From: Vicugna vicugna
Lineage: Eukaryota
Assembly (NCBI GenBank): GCA_013265495.1
Contig: MU058584.1
Location: 2,327,599-2,391,598 of the forward strand
Length of the DNA stretch: 64,000 nucleotides
Reading direction: 5' to 3'
Shown here: one piece after another, positions 15,309 through 27,584 of the stretch
Numbering within the stretch: the stretch's first letter is position 1
How the letters are laid out: every line of letters begins with the position of its first letter
The notes under the pieces: generated by a model
Database searches by the model: none
What the model was told of the DNA's origin: nothing
What the model saw: the letters and a program-made list of their open reading frames with translations, nothing else
Position numbers and translations under genes: made by a program

Positions 15309-15524
15309 CCGTGCTATCCAAGACTTTTTTTTTTTTTAACCCTGGTGGAAATGCTCTATTTCAGTGCTGTCCTGTAAGGGAACCATTAGCCACATATGGC
15401 TGTTGAGTACTCAAAATGTGGCTAGTGTGACTAAGAAAATGAATTTTTAATTGAATTTAATTTGAATTAATCTCAATTTCAATAGCCACACGTGGCTAGT
15501 GGCTGCTGTGTCAGGACAGCACAG
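15309..15524. mobile_element. MER3 (hAT-Charlie)
   Basis: tagccacatatggct...aaatgtggctagtgtgact...aatagccacacgtggctagtggct...ggacagcacag. TSD ttctagaa (15301-15308) / ttctaggt (15525-15532). Confidence 0.85.
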
Positions 15525-16019
15525 TTCTAGGTGCTCTGTCCAGGTGTTTGGTAGCCACTAAAGGTGGCAGGATAGCGCTGGAGCGCCGACCATGCTGTGA
15601 AAACAGGGTAGACTTCCTCATGCAGAGCACACAGAGGCATGCTTTCTGCTTCAGTAAGCCGTTCCTCATATAAATAGAACTCTTTATTAAAAATTAACCA
15701 TGTGCAAGAAGTTAAGTTCAGACTAGCGTAATGTGCTTTAAACAATGAGATAATATGGAGGAAGATTTAAAATATAAATATATAAGCACCTTCACTTAGT
15801 ATGTTCCATTTGCCGTCGTTTCCAACTCTTGTCTGCCACTAACTCATCTAACCTAATAATTTTTCAAGCCTAAGCCGAACATGTCTTTGAACTCATCTTC
15901 ATTTGAACCTTTATTTCTGAGGACTCTTGCGGACTTAGTGAGGTCCAGTCTCTGTTTCAGATCTCCCAGGTGCCTGAAGCCTTCACTGGCAGCTTCTGCT
16001 TAGCTGTTCCTTCCTCCCT

Positions 16020-16174
16020 GCCCTGCTAGTGTGACCTGCAAGTCCGCATCCTTGGCATCACCTGGGAATTTGAGACCAGTGCAGAATCACAGGCCCGACC
16101 AGAGTGTTAGGTCATTCTGCATTTTAACCAGACCTCCTGGGGATTGCTAAGCAGATTGAGTTCGAGAAGCCCTG
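16020..16174. mobile_element. MER5A-like DNA transposon
   Basis: ggcatcacctgggaatttg...tgcagaatcacaggccc...tctgcattttaac...ttcgagaagccctg followed by ttctag. Confidence 0.7.
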
Positions 16175-16254
16175 TTCTAGCGGGTGAGGCCTTCCCCTAA
16201 GACTTACCTAAGAGGAGGAATCATGCTGCTATCTTTACATTAAGGAGCCTACCT

Positions 16255-16625
16255 TTTTAAAATTCTCCAACATTTTATGTTGAAGTTTTCAAACATGCAG
16301 AAAATTTAGAAGAATTTTACAGTATTCCTACCACCTAGATCCGGTCATTAATATATGATTTCACTGGCTTCCTCGTGTGTGCATCTGTCTGAATCTGCAT
16401 CTTTACATTCATCTGTCAGTTCATCTTATTTTTTGATGCCTTTCAAGATAAATTATAGACAACAGTACACTTGCACTGAAATAAATACTACTGGTATACA
16501 TATCATTAACTAGAGTTTGATATTTGTTTGCAGTTTTTTCCTCTTCTAAAGTAAAATTTTACACAATTAAATGTACAGACCATAAGTGTACATTCTCGAA
16601 GTTTTGACAAATGTAATATAGTTGC
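16255..16625 (-). mobile_element. Old L1M (L1MC/ME-type) 3' fragment
   Basis: AT-rich L1 3'UTR-like sequence in reverse (ttttcaaacatgcagaaaatttagaagaattttacag..., aagtgtacattc...gttttgacaaatgta). Confidence 0.55.
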
Positions 16626-17399
16626 ATGTAAATTTACTACCCTTTATTGTCTTGTGTCTACCCCTTTCCCATAGTTTACAAAAACAGACAAAAAGAAAGA
16701 AACAGAAGGACAGAGCCCCAAGTTATCCACAGAATAGTCTAGTCTTTTCCAACCACCAGTCAGGTGTTCCCCTCCCCCTCCCACCCCCAGCTGCTTCTGA
16801 CCCCTTCACTCTTATAGCCAAACTCCGCTAAAAAGGCCATTTATAATTGAATAAGATGGTTTAGTCTACATTTGCCTAAGGTTCTGACTTGCTGTGCCTG
16901 CTTTTAAAGGGACTTATATCCCTCTTCCATACTAAGAACTTTTCAAAATATATAAAAATAGAAATTAATGGTACTGGACAATTACAGTATGATTTTCTCA
17001 CTTGTAAGATAATACATCTCTCCTCTTATCTTTTGCTGTTTCTCCCTCTTTCTTCTCTGGTGTCCTTCAGCTTGAAGTCCAATTCCTTTTTGGAAGCCTC
17101 CCACAAACTTCTACAAACTTACTATGTTTCAAAGTCACACACCTGTCTGAAATTGTGCTTTATCTCCTTAGGGAGGTGATCTACCATGGGAGTGTGGAAG
17201 CCCATCCTCAGCCGACCTGTAGGCTAACAGGATGCTCTGCAAGAGGATGAGATTCTGATGAGGGAAGTTTCAGGTCCCTCGCTCACCAAAGCTCAGGAGT
17301 TCTAGTGAGACCCAATATAAAAAATGCACAACTAATTATGTGCTTCAGGTTCTGGGGATAACTTGAGCATCCACCAATATCCAGACTACATGAATACTA

Positions 17400-17580
17400 A
17401 CTCATAACATTGACTGAGTGCCCTAATATAGACCAATGTCTCTGTAAACATTCTCATCCCCATCCTATGGATGAGAAAACAGAGACTCGGAGAGGTTAAG
17501 TAGGTGGCCCAAGATCAAAGAGCCCGCCGGTGACAGAGCCAGGCTGTGGACCCAAGACGGTCTAACCTCAAAGCTTCTAT
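17400..17580 (-). mobile_element. MIR SINE
   Basis: MIR core in reverse: gatgagaaaacagagactcggagaggttaagtagg...cccaagatca...gagccagg...gacccaag. Confidence 0.75.
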
Positions 17581-19040
17581 TCTTTCCCTTTATCCAGAGG
17601 GAACCTTGAACCTTTACTCCTTATGCTCAGTGAAGGGAGGTGGCAAGAAACTTACAGTAAGAGAATCCATTATGTTTCCTGGTAATAAATATTTTGGAGC
17701 CTGGCTGACATGGAAAAGAATGATAAGAACTCAGTTATGACTGTCCTGTTACATATCCTTTCAGGGCAGCAGATAGAAGGCTTGAGACTGGTTGGTTCAT
17801 TTTTTATTAAAATTAAATCTAAAAATTATATAGAAAGTCCTTCCCTGGGTATAGCTTACTCTATGTGGCTATTGCGTCACATTTGGTTAACCAACTTAGT
17901 CAGGGACCTAGTGATCACACATGAGAGAGATGAAAGATTTAGATCAAGTGTCTCTTCATGGAGAGATTTGGTGATTCATTAAAATAGTTGGCAAGAAGTG
18001 CCAGGAATCTAGGTATAAAATATCAGTAGAGTTTTTTCTTTCTTTCTTTTTTTAATTTGAAGACAGTAAAATGGAAGAAGAGGAAAAATTTGCCTATTAA
18101 TTGATTACACATGTTAAGTATCGTTTTAGAAGATGGATGATCCGCATTGAAGAAACTAGGGGATTAACTATAGAAGTAACAGTTCTCCTTAGACCAACAG
18201 AAAAGATAAAAAGGGGCCACCTTGCTTCACTGGGCCAGGACTTCGAGCAAGACTGTCCCTCTTTGTCGACACTTAACACTCGGAATTTTTAATAATTAAA
18301 AAGAATGAAAAATAAAAAGTGTGAGTTAAAAGAAAAAGCGCAGCAAGGTACACAGATAATATAGGATGAATAAAACTAGAAAAATTAAATAGAAAAAAAA
18401 AAGAATGGCAAATACTAAATTGAAAAGAGCCAGGAAATAAGAAAAACAGAATTAGGAAGAAAAAATACACGAATGAACTACAAGGCAATGGAAGGCTGGA
18501 AGTGGCAGCAGAAGGATAAAAACTGCACGTGAAGTGGCAAGAGGAAGCTTAAAAGCAATTAAGATACACAGGTACTAAACAGAACAATAAAAACGCAGAA
18601 CAAGCGAGGATGAGTGGTTAAAACAGACAGCATATCCGCTAAGAACATACTTACAAAGATTATAAACCAGAGCAAGTAGTAATAAAACAATAAAACAAGG
18701 AAGTTGTATAAAGCAGTACATTAAAGAACAATTAAAAAACAGTAAGAAGAGAAAATTAACAGGCTAAAATGACATTTAATAATTGTATTAATAACTAACG
18801 CATACTGACTTCTCTCCATGTGTTAGGCACTCTATATGCATTAACTGATTGAATTCAAGTTTGTGGAAGTAACCAGGACATTTTAAAAAATGTAAACTAA
18901 ACACTAAAAAAGTTCAGAGGGGGACAAAATCAGGCATCAGAACAACCAAAAATCGAAAAGTTAGAAAAAATATACCCACAGGTGTCAATTTTCATTCCTT
19001 GTCTCATGTGACTATTTTTGATGTTGAAAATCACCAAGGC

Positions 19041-19148
19041 GGCAGAAGGGTATAGTAACTCAGTGGTAGGTGCATGCTTAGCATGCACGAGGTCCTCACT
19101 TCAATCCCTGGTACCTCCATTTAAAAAAAAATTTTTTTTAAAGAAAAA
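19041..19148 (+). mobile_element. Camelid tRNA-Ala-derived SINE (vic-1 type)
   Basis: gggtatagtaactcagtggtaggtgcatgcttagcatgcacgaggtcct...ttcaatccctggtacctcc plus A-rich tail. Degenerate TSD gaaaatcaccaag/gaagatcactgag. Confidence 0.85.
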
Positions 19149-19289
19149 GAAGATCACTGAGTACCTGCACAGGCACTTCTTCTGTGGAGCACAGTTTCCA
19201 GAAGTGCCTGGTAGATACGTTGGTTCTTCCCTCCTCTTGTCCTAGTAAGCTTAGCCTTTCCTAGAGACATTCATTCTGAGTAAAAGAAA

Positions 19290-19603
19290 GAAAAATGCTG
19301 TATGATATCGCTTATATGTGGAATCTTAAAAATAAAAAAGAACACAAATGAACTTTTCTACAAAACAGACTCACGGACATAGAGAACAAACTTATGGTTA
19401 CCAGGGGGGAAAGGGGGTGTGAAAGGATAAATTGGGAGTTTGAAAACTGCACCTCTTAGGAAGTGATGGAAATGGTAGCTATCTTGATGGTGGTGGTGGT
19501 TTCATCGGTGTATACACAGCTATCAAAATTCATCAAACTGTGCACCTGACTATGTGTAGTTCACTGTACAGGAATCATACCACAATAACAATGTTTAAAA
19601 AAA
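19290..19603 (+). mobile_element. L1 3'-end composite (cetartiodactyl L1 3'UTR joined to L1MC-like terminus)
   Basis: 19290-19445 matches the L1 copy at 24690-24830. The segment 19455-19600 resembles an older L1MC/MB end (gatggaaatggtagctatcttgat...ggtgtatac...catcaaactgtgcac...aataa) with an A tail. Confidence 0.7.
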
Positions 19604-20115
19604 ATTCTTAAGCAACAGAATCTATGGCCCAGAACCTGTGGCAGTAAGAAAACATCTCAAAATCCTACTCACTTTACAGGATTTAGACCAGGATTCTTTA
19701 CTCCTAGAAGGACTTCCTAGTTCCTCCAGGCTGTACCTACATAGTACTTAGTGCATTGGGCTTACAGTGGAAGTTCTTCTCCAATTCTTTTCTTCATTTC
19801 CCTGCAGCCCTGGTTTCTTGAAGAGAAGGATGCTAGTTTTGCATCCCAGCCTTCAGTTCAGACTTGGTACACACAAGGTGCTTAATGCATGCTTTTTGAA
19901 GTGAGCCTACTTGAACCAGTTGTCAGATTTCCTTTTTTTGTCTTTTTTTTAAACCCAGAAACCAACCTGTGGCTAGATTTTCTGTCCACCTGGAACCCCC
20001 ACACGTATGCCTGTGTGTGTTTCTGTTGTCCAGAAAGAGTTGCTCTGGCAGAGAATGGCTTTTTTTTTCTGTCTTCTTTTTCTATTTATCACAACCTGGT
20101 ACCCACCTTTTACCC

Positions 20116-20436
20116 CCAGCTTATCTATAGCTTAAACCCTGTCCTCTTCACCAGGTCACACCAGAACTCTTTTTCTGGTCTGTTCAGAGCCCACAGATCT
20201 GGCGCTGGTTCTTCTCTTCCCCCTACTGTTTTTCTGCGGCAGGTGTTGTCCCTGAGGACTTTGCCTGATCTGCAATCCAGCTTATCTATAGCTTAAACCC
20301 TATCCTCTTCACCAGGTCACACCAGAACTCTTTTTCTGGGTCTGTTCAGAGCCCACAGATCTGGCGCTGGTTCTTCTCTTCCCCCTACTGTTTTTCTGCG
20401 GCAGGTGTTGTCCCTGAGAACTTTGCCTGATCTGCA
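20116..20436. repeat. Near-perfect tandem duplication, two ~160-bp units (period 161)
   Basis: Copy 1 is 20116-20274 and copy 2 is 20277-20436. They differ by two substitutions and one extra G. Confidence 0.95.
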
Positions 20437-20879
20437 GTTCGTTCATTCACCCATTTACTCATTCCGTCAGCAGACGTTCTCTTGGAATGTATTATTAACC
20501 AGTTATTGTGGACATTAGGGCAAGGAGAACACAGAGGGGAGCAAGAGCTTCTTGTCAGGCAACTCTCCATCCTGTCTAAGTTGATTGCTACGTTTAGCCC
20601 CCTTCTTTTGACCTCATTTTTTGTGGAATGGGGAAAACAACTGATTAATACTCTTCGCAGGTAATTATATTTTGAGGAGAGTTATGAAGACACTTGCTAA
20701 CTCTGTTCTCCAGGCAAAGGAGTTCCACTTACCTTCATCTTTCTTCCTCAGACCTATACCTGACCATTTAACTGTGTTGGTCTTTTCTCTAGTGAATCCT
20801 AGACGTCAGCCAAGACCTTTCAAGCACATGAGACAAAGATCTAAATTAGATGTGGACTTGCCTCCATATGCTTTGTTTA

Positions 20880-21740
20880 CGTTTCCTTTTTTTTTTTCTG
20901 ATTATAAATTAATGTTTAATGTAGAAAATTTGGAGACTGCAGGAAAAGCACACAGAAGAAAATTACTGCTCCCTTTTTGCTCTGCAGCCGTCTAGCATTT
21001 TGTGTGTAAGTACGTTGTGTGGGTGTAGGAAAGTTACGATCATATCGAACGTATCATTTTACTAAAATGCTTATTTTACTAAAAATATATTGTGAATATT
21101 TTCCATATCATTAAACATTCTTCTCAAACATAAGTTTAATAACCGCATAGGAGTTTGTCACCAGGGAAGTCCGTAATTTATTTAATCAATCTCTACTGTG
21201 GAACATTTGAACTGTTTTCTTTTTCTTTTCTTTCTTTNNNNNNNNNNNNNNNNNNNNNNNNNNNNNNNNNNNNNNNNNNTTTTTTTTTTTTTTTACTATT
21301 TATAACACTGTGGCAAACATCATAGTACAGAAAATTCAGTGCATATTTTCTATTATTTCCTTGAATAAATTCCTAGAAACGGAGTTGCTGGATCAAAGGA
21401 TGTGAACAAATCTAAGGCCTTTGTGATGTATTGTAAACTCTTCTCCTGGAAACTTCCATGAATTGATGGTTCCCACAGCATTTTTGATCATTTCCTGTTT
21501 CCTCACACCCTCAATAACTGTGTCTTAGTGGCTTTTCGATCTTTTGTCAATTATCACATTATAAAATGCCAGCTCATTCTTATTTTAATTGAATTTGTAT
21601 CTCTTTGATTTCCTAAAGAGATTGAACCTTTATCATCTCTTTGTTCGTCTTGTCATATGTATTCTTGAAACGTTCATGTTTTTCTTATTGACTTCTAAGA
21701 ACTCTTACACAAGAAGGACATCATTCCATTTCTCGCTTGG
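20880..21740 (-). mobile_element. Old L1ME-type fragment(s), spanning an assembly gap
   Basis: ttttccatatcattaaacattcttc..., taaattcctagaaacggagttgctggatcaaagg, ttcctcacaccctca are typical reverse L1M motifs. Confidence 0.6.
21238..21279. other. Assembly gap (42 N) inside a T-rich tract
   Basis: Run of N directly visible. Confidence 1.
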
Positions 21741-23876
21741 CCAATATTGAGAAAATAGAGAAAATTGTATTCTCACTGGAGGGAGGCTCATGTGCGATAG
21801 GGCCCCAGGTCTCATTCCGTCTATTTCTGTGTAAAGTTCTCCAGAGGGAAAGCTGGATTGTTAGCCTAAGAAAAATGAAAGGCAGATCTATGTGTGATTC
21901 TGATGGTGATCTTAAAAAAAGAAAATTAACCCTGCAATCTGAATTGGCTTGACATTTTCTATATTTCTTATAGTCTCTGAAAAAACACAGGACTGTAAAA
22001 TAGAACCCGAATTGTCTAAAAGAACCTACAGATACATTAGTCAGTCAAAACTTTCCTTGAAGATTTACTCTGTGTCTAGTATTCCCCTAAGTATTAGGAA
22101 TTGCCGAATAAGTCATTGGCTAGTTTATAGCCAGGTTGAAGGAATGAAGCTACATATAATTTAAAAGCTTTCTTACAACCTTAGCTAAACTCGGGTCTAG
22201 AAGATGGTCTTTTGAGTGACTAGATGTTTTCTCATATTTTGGATGCTCTGTCTGTCCCTTCGCATCTTCTTTTACCATCTGACAGGCAGCACATTCTTCT
22301 AGGTTATTGAATTTTGACATCTCACCATCATCCTTCCCTCTGCCCCTCACACCCACCTAGCAGAACATGTACAGAAAAGCCATGTCAAACTCCTGGAAGC
22401 TTTCCACTGCAGAGATTGCTGGGACAATCTAAAACGGAAAAAAAAAAATTTTAAATTAAAAAAAAAAATCAACCCACTCTTATCCTTGGATGAGCATCTC
22501 AGGATAAAAGCGGCCTTGCCCCAGCGTCCACTGAAGATGCCTGGGATGGTGTCAAAATAGTTCAGAACTCTTGGGTACATGGTTTCCAAGCATCTGCCCT
22601 CATCTCCTAGGTAAATAGAATTCTCAAAACAACAGGACCATCCCTTCAGTGAGGCTCAGTGGAGCCCAGGGCCCCATTCTAGCACATTCCTCTCAACGTT
22701 CTCTGTCTGCCTTTCCCCCACAACTTCCCACCACATCTCTCCCCCCCACCCCCACCCTTCTGTTAGCTGTGATGACCCTGCAAACACTAAATGGCATTTG
22801 AGTGCATTAAGCAGCCAACTCTCCGGTGACATAGCAATTATGGCTCTGAAATAGATTTGGTGCGTCACGGAAGAGAAGGGTTTTGAAAGTTTCTGTTGTG
22901 ATTATAGCCTGTAACTCCCACAAATAATAGGCTTCAAAATAAGAGGCTGCCAGCGGAGCCTTTATGGCTTTGTCTCAGTGATGGCACGTAAATTGCTATT
23001 AATGTCCTAAGTGTACTTGAACATGCCAGTCTTGGGAATGTGGCGTTGGCTCGGTGTCTCTCTTTACACGGCACGTCATTGTGGGTCTGATAATCTGGGG
23101 TAACTGCTGTCTCTTGGATGGTCAGAAAAGTCTAAGAGGCTTTAGCTTCCTGCGTGATGGCAGATGGCCTTCAGGTTTACACCGCGAGTTATGTGTGTGC
23201 TCCGGGGCTGGTCACCGTTCATCGTCAAGGTGTCTGTACCATCCCTGTGTGTGCCCTGAGTAGATAATAGTCCTTCAGCAAAGCCAAGGCAAAACTCAGA
23301 GGTTATGAAAATAAAATGAAGAATCTGGGGCTATACAGAATCAGCAAAATCAGATCATTTCTACTGAGAGTGAAAGAAGAAAAATATTCTTTGCTTGAAT
23401 TTTTCAGATTTGGCTACATGTGTAAAGAGAATCATCTCTTGTCTTACACAGCCCGGTTTCCAGCATCTGTGTGTGTGTGTGTGTGCGTGTGCGCGGGTGC
23501 ACATTTTTTAGGTGCTGTGAGTATTTTCTGAACATGTATTAGCTCTACGTCAATATGATAAAATATGTGGAAATTATGCGTGTTTTTGTATACTGTGTGT
23601 GAATGTATGTAAGTGTGTGTGTGTCTTTTGGTTTTGCCAGTCTGGGTGTAGAGGATGCTTATTCAGATATAAATGGTTTTCTGCACTAGGACACCTCTAT
23701 TTAGTAAAGCAAGCCGAGCTGCTTTTTCTTTGTCTCTGAAAAGTTAAATACAACAAATCTCAAGCCTGAACTTCCTGTATGGACATTTAACCGAAGGGCT
23801 CCCTAAGTCTGTGGGACATGGAAACGTTTTACGTTAACTGTCCTATCTACACTTTTAATAGAAATCAGAAAGCAAC

Positions 23877-23945
23877 TGATTATGCTGTACACCAGAAGTT
23901 GACACACTGTAACTGACTATACTTCAATTAAAAAAAAAAAGAGAG
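23877..23945 (+). mobile_element. Severely 5'-truncated young L1 (3' tip plus poly-A)
   Basis: tatgctgtacaccagaagttgacacactgtaactgactatacttcaatt(A)n flanked by perfect 10-bp TSD agaaagcaac (23867-23876; 23946-23955). Confidence 0.85.
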
Positions 23946-24592
23946 AGAAAGCAACCAACCCTAAACCTGGGGGCATACACGACCTCATATCCTTTACCAG
24001 CTGCAAGAGGTTCAACCAGAGCCATCCTGTGTGTCTCAAGTGCCTTACGTGGCAGTATTAATACTGGGCCTTCACAACAGATGAATTAGGGAAGGATGAT
24101 GTGAAGAAGGTGCCAAAATAGATCTTGATCTTGGAGCTGACCTATATGTGCACTTCGGTCATGTGGCGCTGGCTGCTGGCAGGATAGCACACTATGATGG
24201 TGCCACAGTTGAGTTTTGCAGTTGGATTTTGACTGAGCGCCCTTGAAACAGCAGTTAGAGCGCATGCCAGATAAGGCTGGAGATAGTGACTTGTAGTAAG
24301 AGTTCATATTCATACCAAGTGAACATGGATTAGGTTTACCATCTGACTGCGCAGATTTTAGACCAGGACTTCGCTCTGCCAGTGTAACATAAACCTGATT
24401 AACCAGCAAGGTGGCACCACACATGGTGATGGCTCAGATGTATGACCTCAGAGGAGTAGTTTGTCTGGTCCAAAATCAAGTTTGATGGGGTAGATTGAGG
24501 CTTAGGAGTGAAAGGTATTAAAACCCCCTGAAAGACTTCTCTGAGGCTGATCTCGTGGTTCATAGATCCTAGCATCTTAAGAAACATCACAA

Positions 24593-25179
24593 TGGAATAT
24601 TACACAGCCATAAAAAAGAATGAAATAATGCCATTTGCAGCAACATAGATGAACCTAGAGATTATCATACTAAGTGAAGTCAGACAAAGACAAATACCAT
24701 ATGATATCACTTACATGTGGGATCTATAAAAAAGGGCACAAATAGACATATTTACAAAACAGAAACAGACTCACAGACATAGAAAACAAACTTACAGTTA
24801 CCACAGGACAAAGGGATAAAAGTAGGAGTCTGGAGAGGGGGGGTATATCTCAAGTGGTAGAGCACCTGCTTAGCATGCATGAGGTCCTGGGTTCAATCCC
24901 CAGTACCTCCTCTAAGAATAAATAAATAAACCTACTTACCTCCCTCCACCAAAAAAAAAAAAAAAAAAAAAGGAGCTTGGGATTTGCAGATACTAGCTAC
25001 TGTATATAAAATAGGTAAACAACAAGGTTCTCCTGTTTAGCACAGGGAACTATATTCACCATCCTGTAATAACCTGTAATGATAAAGAATATGAAATATA
25101 CGTGTGTATAACTGAATCAATTTGCTGTCCAGAAACTAACACATTGTAAATCAACTATACTTTAATTATTAAAATAGAA
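24593..25179 (+). mobile_element. Cetartiodactyl L1 3' end (ORF2 end plus 3'UTR), interrupted by a SINE
   Basis: tggaatattacacagccataaaaaagaatgaaataatgccatttgcagcaaca... to aaatcaactatacttt. TSD aagaaacatcacaa (24579-24592) / aagaaatagcacaa (25180-25193), 12/14 identical. Confidence 0.9.
24834..24970 (+). mobile_element. Camelid tRNA-Ala-derived SINE (vic-1 type) nested in L1
   Basis: gggtatatctcaagtggtagagcacctgcttagcatgcatgaggtcctgggttcaatccccagtacctcc (A/B boxes) plus aataaataaataaacct tail and poly-A. Duplicated target aggagtctgg/aggagcttgg. Confidence 0.9.
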
Positions 25180-25609
25180 AAGAAATAGCACAAAGATTCC
25201 TTGAAGGTGAACTTAAGAGCATAAGATCAGTAGCACCCACTCTCTACGATTTGCACCCCGCAGGCATTTGAAACTTGAAATGTCCAAAAGCAGTGGCATA
25301 TAGTGGGGACTAAGTTTGGCGAATTCTAGCTTCTGAGCCCTAGCTTCCTGGCTTGAGAAGTAAAAATAGGAGTTCACACTTTGTTTACGTACCTTATATA
25401 TTCAGCAACCAAAGGCAGAGAATTATCCGTGAGTCCCACATAAGTACAGAGTTACAAAGGGCACCAGCAGCCAGGCAGCCTTACGGTCACAGGGACGGGG
25501 ACCAAAGGAAGCATTCAAAGCATTCACTCCTCTGTTCGTTCAACTCAAGTGCTTAACTGAGCAGCTGCTCTATCAGACGTGATCCTCATCTTCCAGTGAC
25601 TTGATTTGA

Positions 25610-26095
25610 TTGAATGATTTATCATCTCACTGAGGATAAAAATCAAAGCCCTCACATGGCCTGCAGGTTTGGCATGATCAAGCCATCCCAGTCTCCAGCC
25701 CATCCTCTGCACTCCCGACTGCTCCTATGCTCCATCCTTTCTGGCTTGCTTTCAGTTCCTTGCAGCCTTTGGATGGGTTTCTGCTTCCACCTCGAGGGCT
25801 CTTTGCCCCACTCTTTACTTGTCTATTTTCTGTTCACTTTTGGGCTGACTTTCCAGAAGCCCCCACCTCAATGAGATCCCTGCTTTTCTCTCTCACAGCA
25901 CTTACCCATCTGGGGTCTTTATTTGTTCTTTGGATGATGTTTTGAATGTCTGCTTCCCACAAGACAGCAAGCTTCATGGAGCAGACACCAGATTTTTTTC
26001 TTTTAATGTGTTGTATCTACCACTGTATGCCTAGTATATCACATGAGGGAGGCGCTGAAGACCTATTCGTAGAATTTAAGAATGAAAGGATTACA
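25610..26095 (+). mobile_element. L2 LINE 3' fragment
   Basis: aggataaaaatcaaagccctcacatggcctgcagg...acagcacttac...gtctgcttccc...aagcttcatggagcagacacc...gcctag...gaatgaa. Confidence 0.65.
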
Positions 26096-27584
26096 GTGAA
26101 TAAGGCCTGGCGCTCACATGGGATATCGAAATAAGTAAGAACTGCGCCTGGTTAAACGTCAACGTGAAAGGGCAAAAGGTTGGTGGTACCAGGATTTAGG
26201 GAAGTGGGTGATGGTTTGCCTTGAAGAACCTTGCTGGAAGGGAGGTAGTTCTCTCGCTGGCCCTTGAAAGAAGACACGGGTTCCTAGAGACCAGAGGAGA
26301 GGGACAGACAAAGGCACAAAGCCTCTCGCCTGGCTTCTCTCTAGAGTGAGAAGGAGTCTCACTTTGGCGACGGGAAGTCTGTTGTTTCTCCACAGCAGCT
26401 CACACCGTTAAAGTCTCTTCTCTCCCAGGAATGGCTGATCGCACAGCTGATCTTTCTTAAGCTATGGACCGTCACAGCAAAATCTCAGGGCTGCTGGGAA
26501 CCAGACGAGTAAGGAGCATGGTGGTGTGACTTGGATGTAAGGTCCCCAGGGATCTAGTGGTAGATGGCACTCAGAGAGGACAGGGGGCCTTGGAAACAGG
26601 AATCCTAGAACCAGGACTGGCTTCTGGGAAATGGGATGGCAGGCCCTAGTTGGTGGGCTGAAGTTCCAGAGCAGGATTTCAGCTGCAAGAGAAAATCACG
26701 ACCTCAGTCGTAAGTGAGCTGCAGTACATAGCAGGGAGCTAAGCGGAAGCCGGGCCCGGGCTTGGTGGGGATGCGCTCGGCCACGGGGGAGACATTCCCT
26801 GTATAGAGATCCAGGTGCAAAGAGTTCAAAGCAAGAAAAACAGCCAAACTGGCTCCGAGTTACCTATGGTACCAAACTAGACTAGAAGAGAAATTGGAGG
26901 GCTGAAAGAACATGTTTTTCCCAGACAGGGTTGACCAGACTTAGCAAATGAAAATACTGCATGGGCTATACTTAACATAAAAAGTATTTGTTGTTTAAAA
27001 TGTATATGTAACTGGGTGTCTTATAGTTGACTGCGACGCCGTTCCCAGGTCCTAAGGTGGAAGCAGACCCTGCCTGTGGGCCTGAGCCCTGGAGAGAGTC
27101 AAGGTGGGCAGACAGCCTGCAGGCCACTGAGGGGCTGTGCCTGTTCTGTAAGTCTTTGGGATTCCCACGGTGCCTGGGCTGTTGCCTAGGAGACCGTTCC
27201 TGATGCAGGGTGGGACCCCTTCCTGCTCCTTGCTCTCTGTGCAGAACACTCCTTGCTGAGATGGAGCTGCCACAGGCAGGGTGCCGTGTTTTTCTCTGCT
27301 CTTTTCCCTAAAAAGAAAACAGAATATAAATATTTATCATGGTTACTTGTTTGGGATAAGCTAGGAAGTACTGGGTCTCCTTGACACCTACTTAGTAAGA
27401 GAAACATTGACTTTCTAGGTGTCAAACTTACCCTGAAACCTGGCACTGCCTCTGCTCTGCCTCTTGAATATCTTCTAGGTATGCCCTGCTCTTTACCTAC
27501 AGTCAGACTGAACTGTGGAGGTCAGAGACCTGATACTCAGGGACCTGATCTGTCCACACCTGGGAAATGGATGGTACAGTGCCA

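Noticed and set aside
24838..24910. Apparent tRNA-Ala(AGC) gene (also 19047-19118)
   Set aside because: Both have SINE tails, poly-A and TSDs and carry mismatches to a tRNA cloverleaf. They are tRNA-derived SINEs, not tRNA genes.
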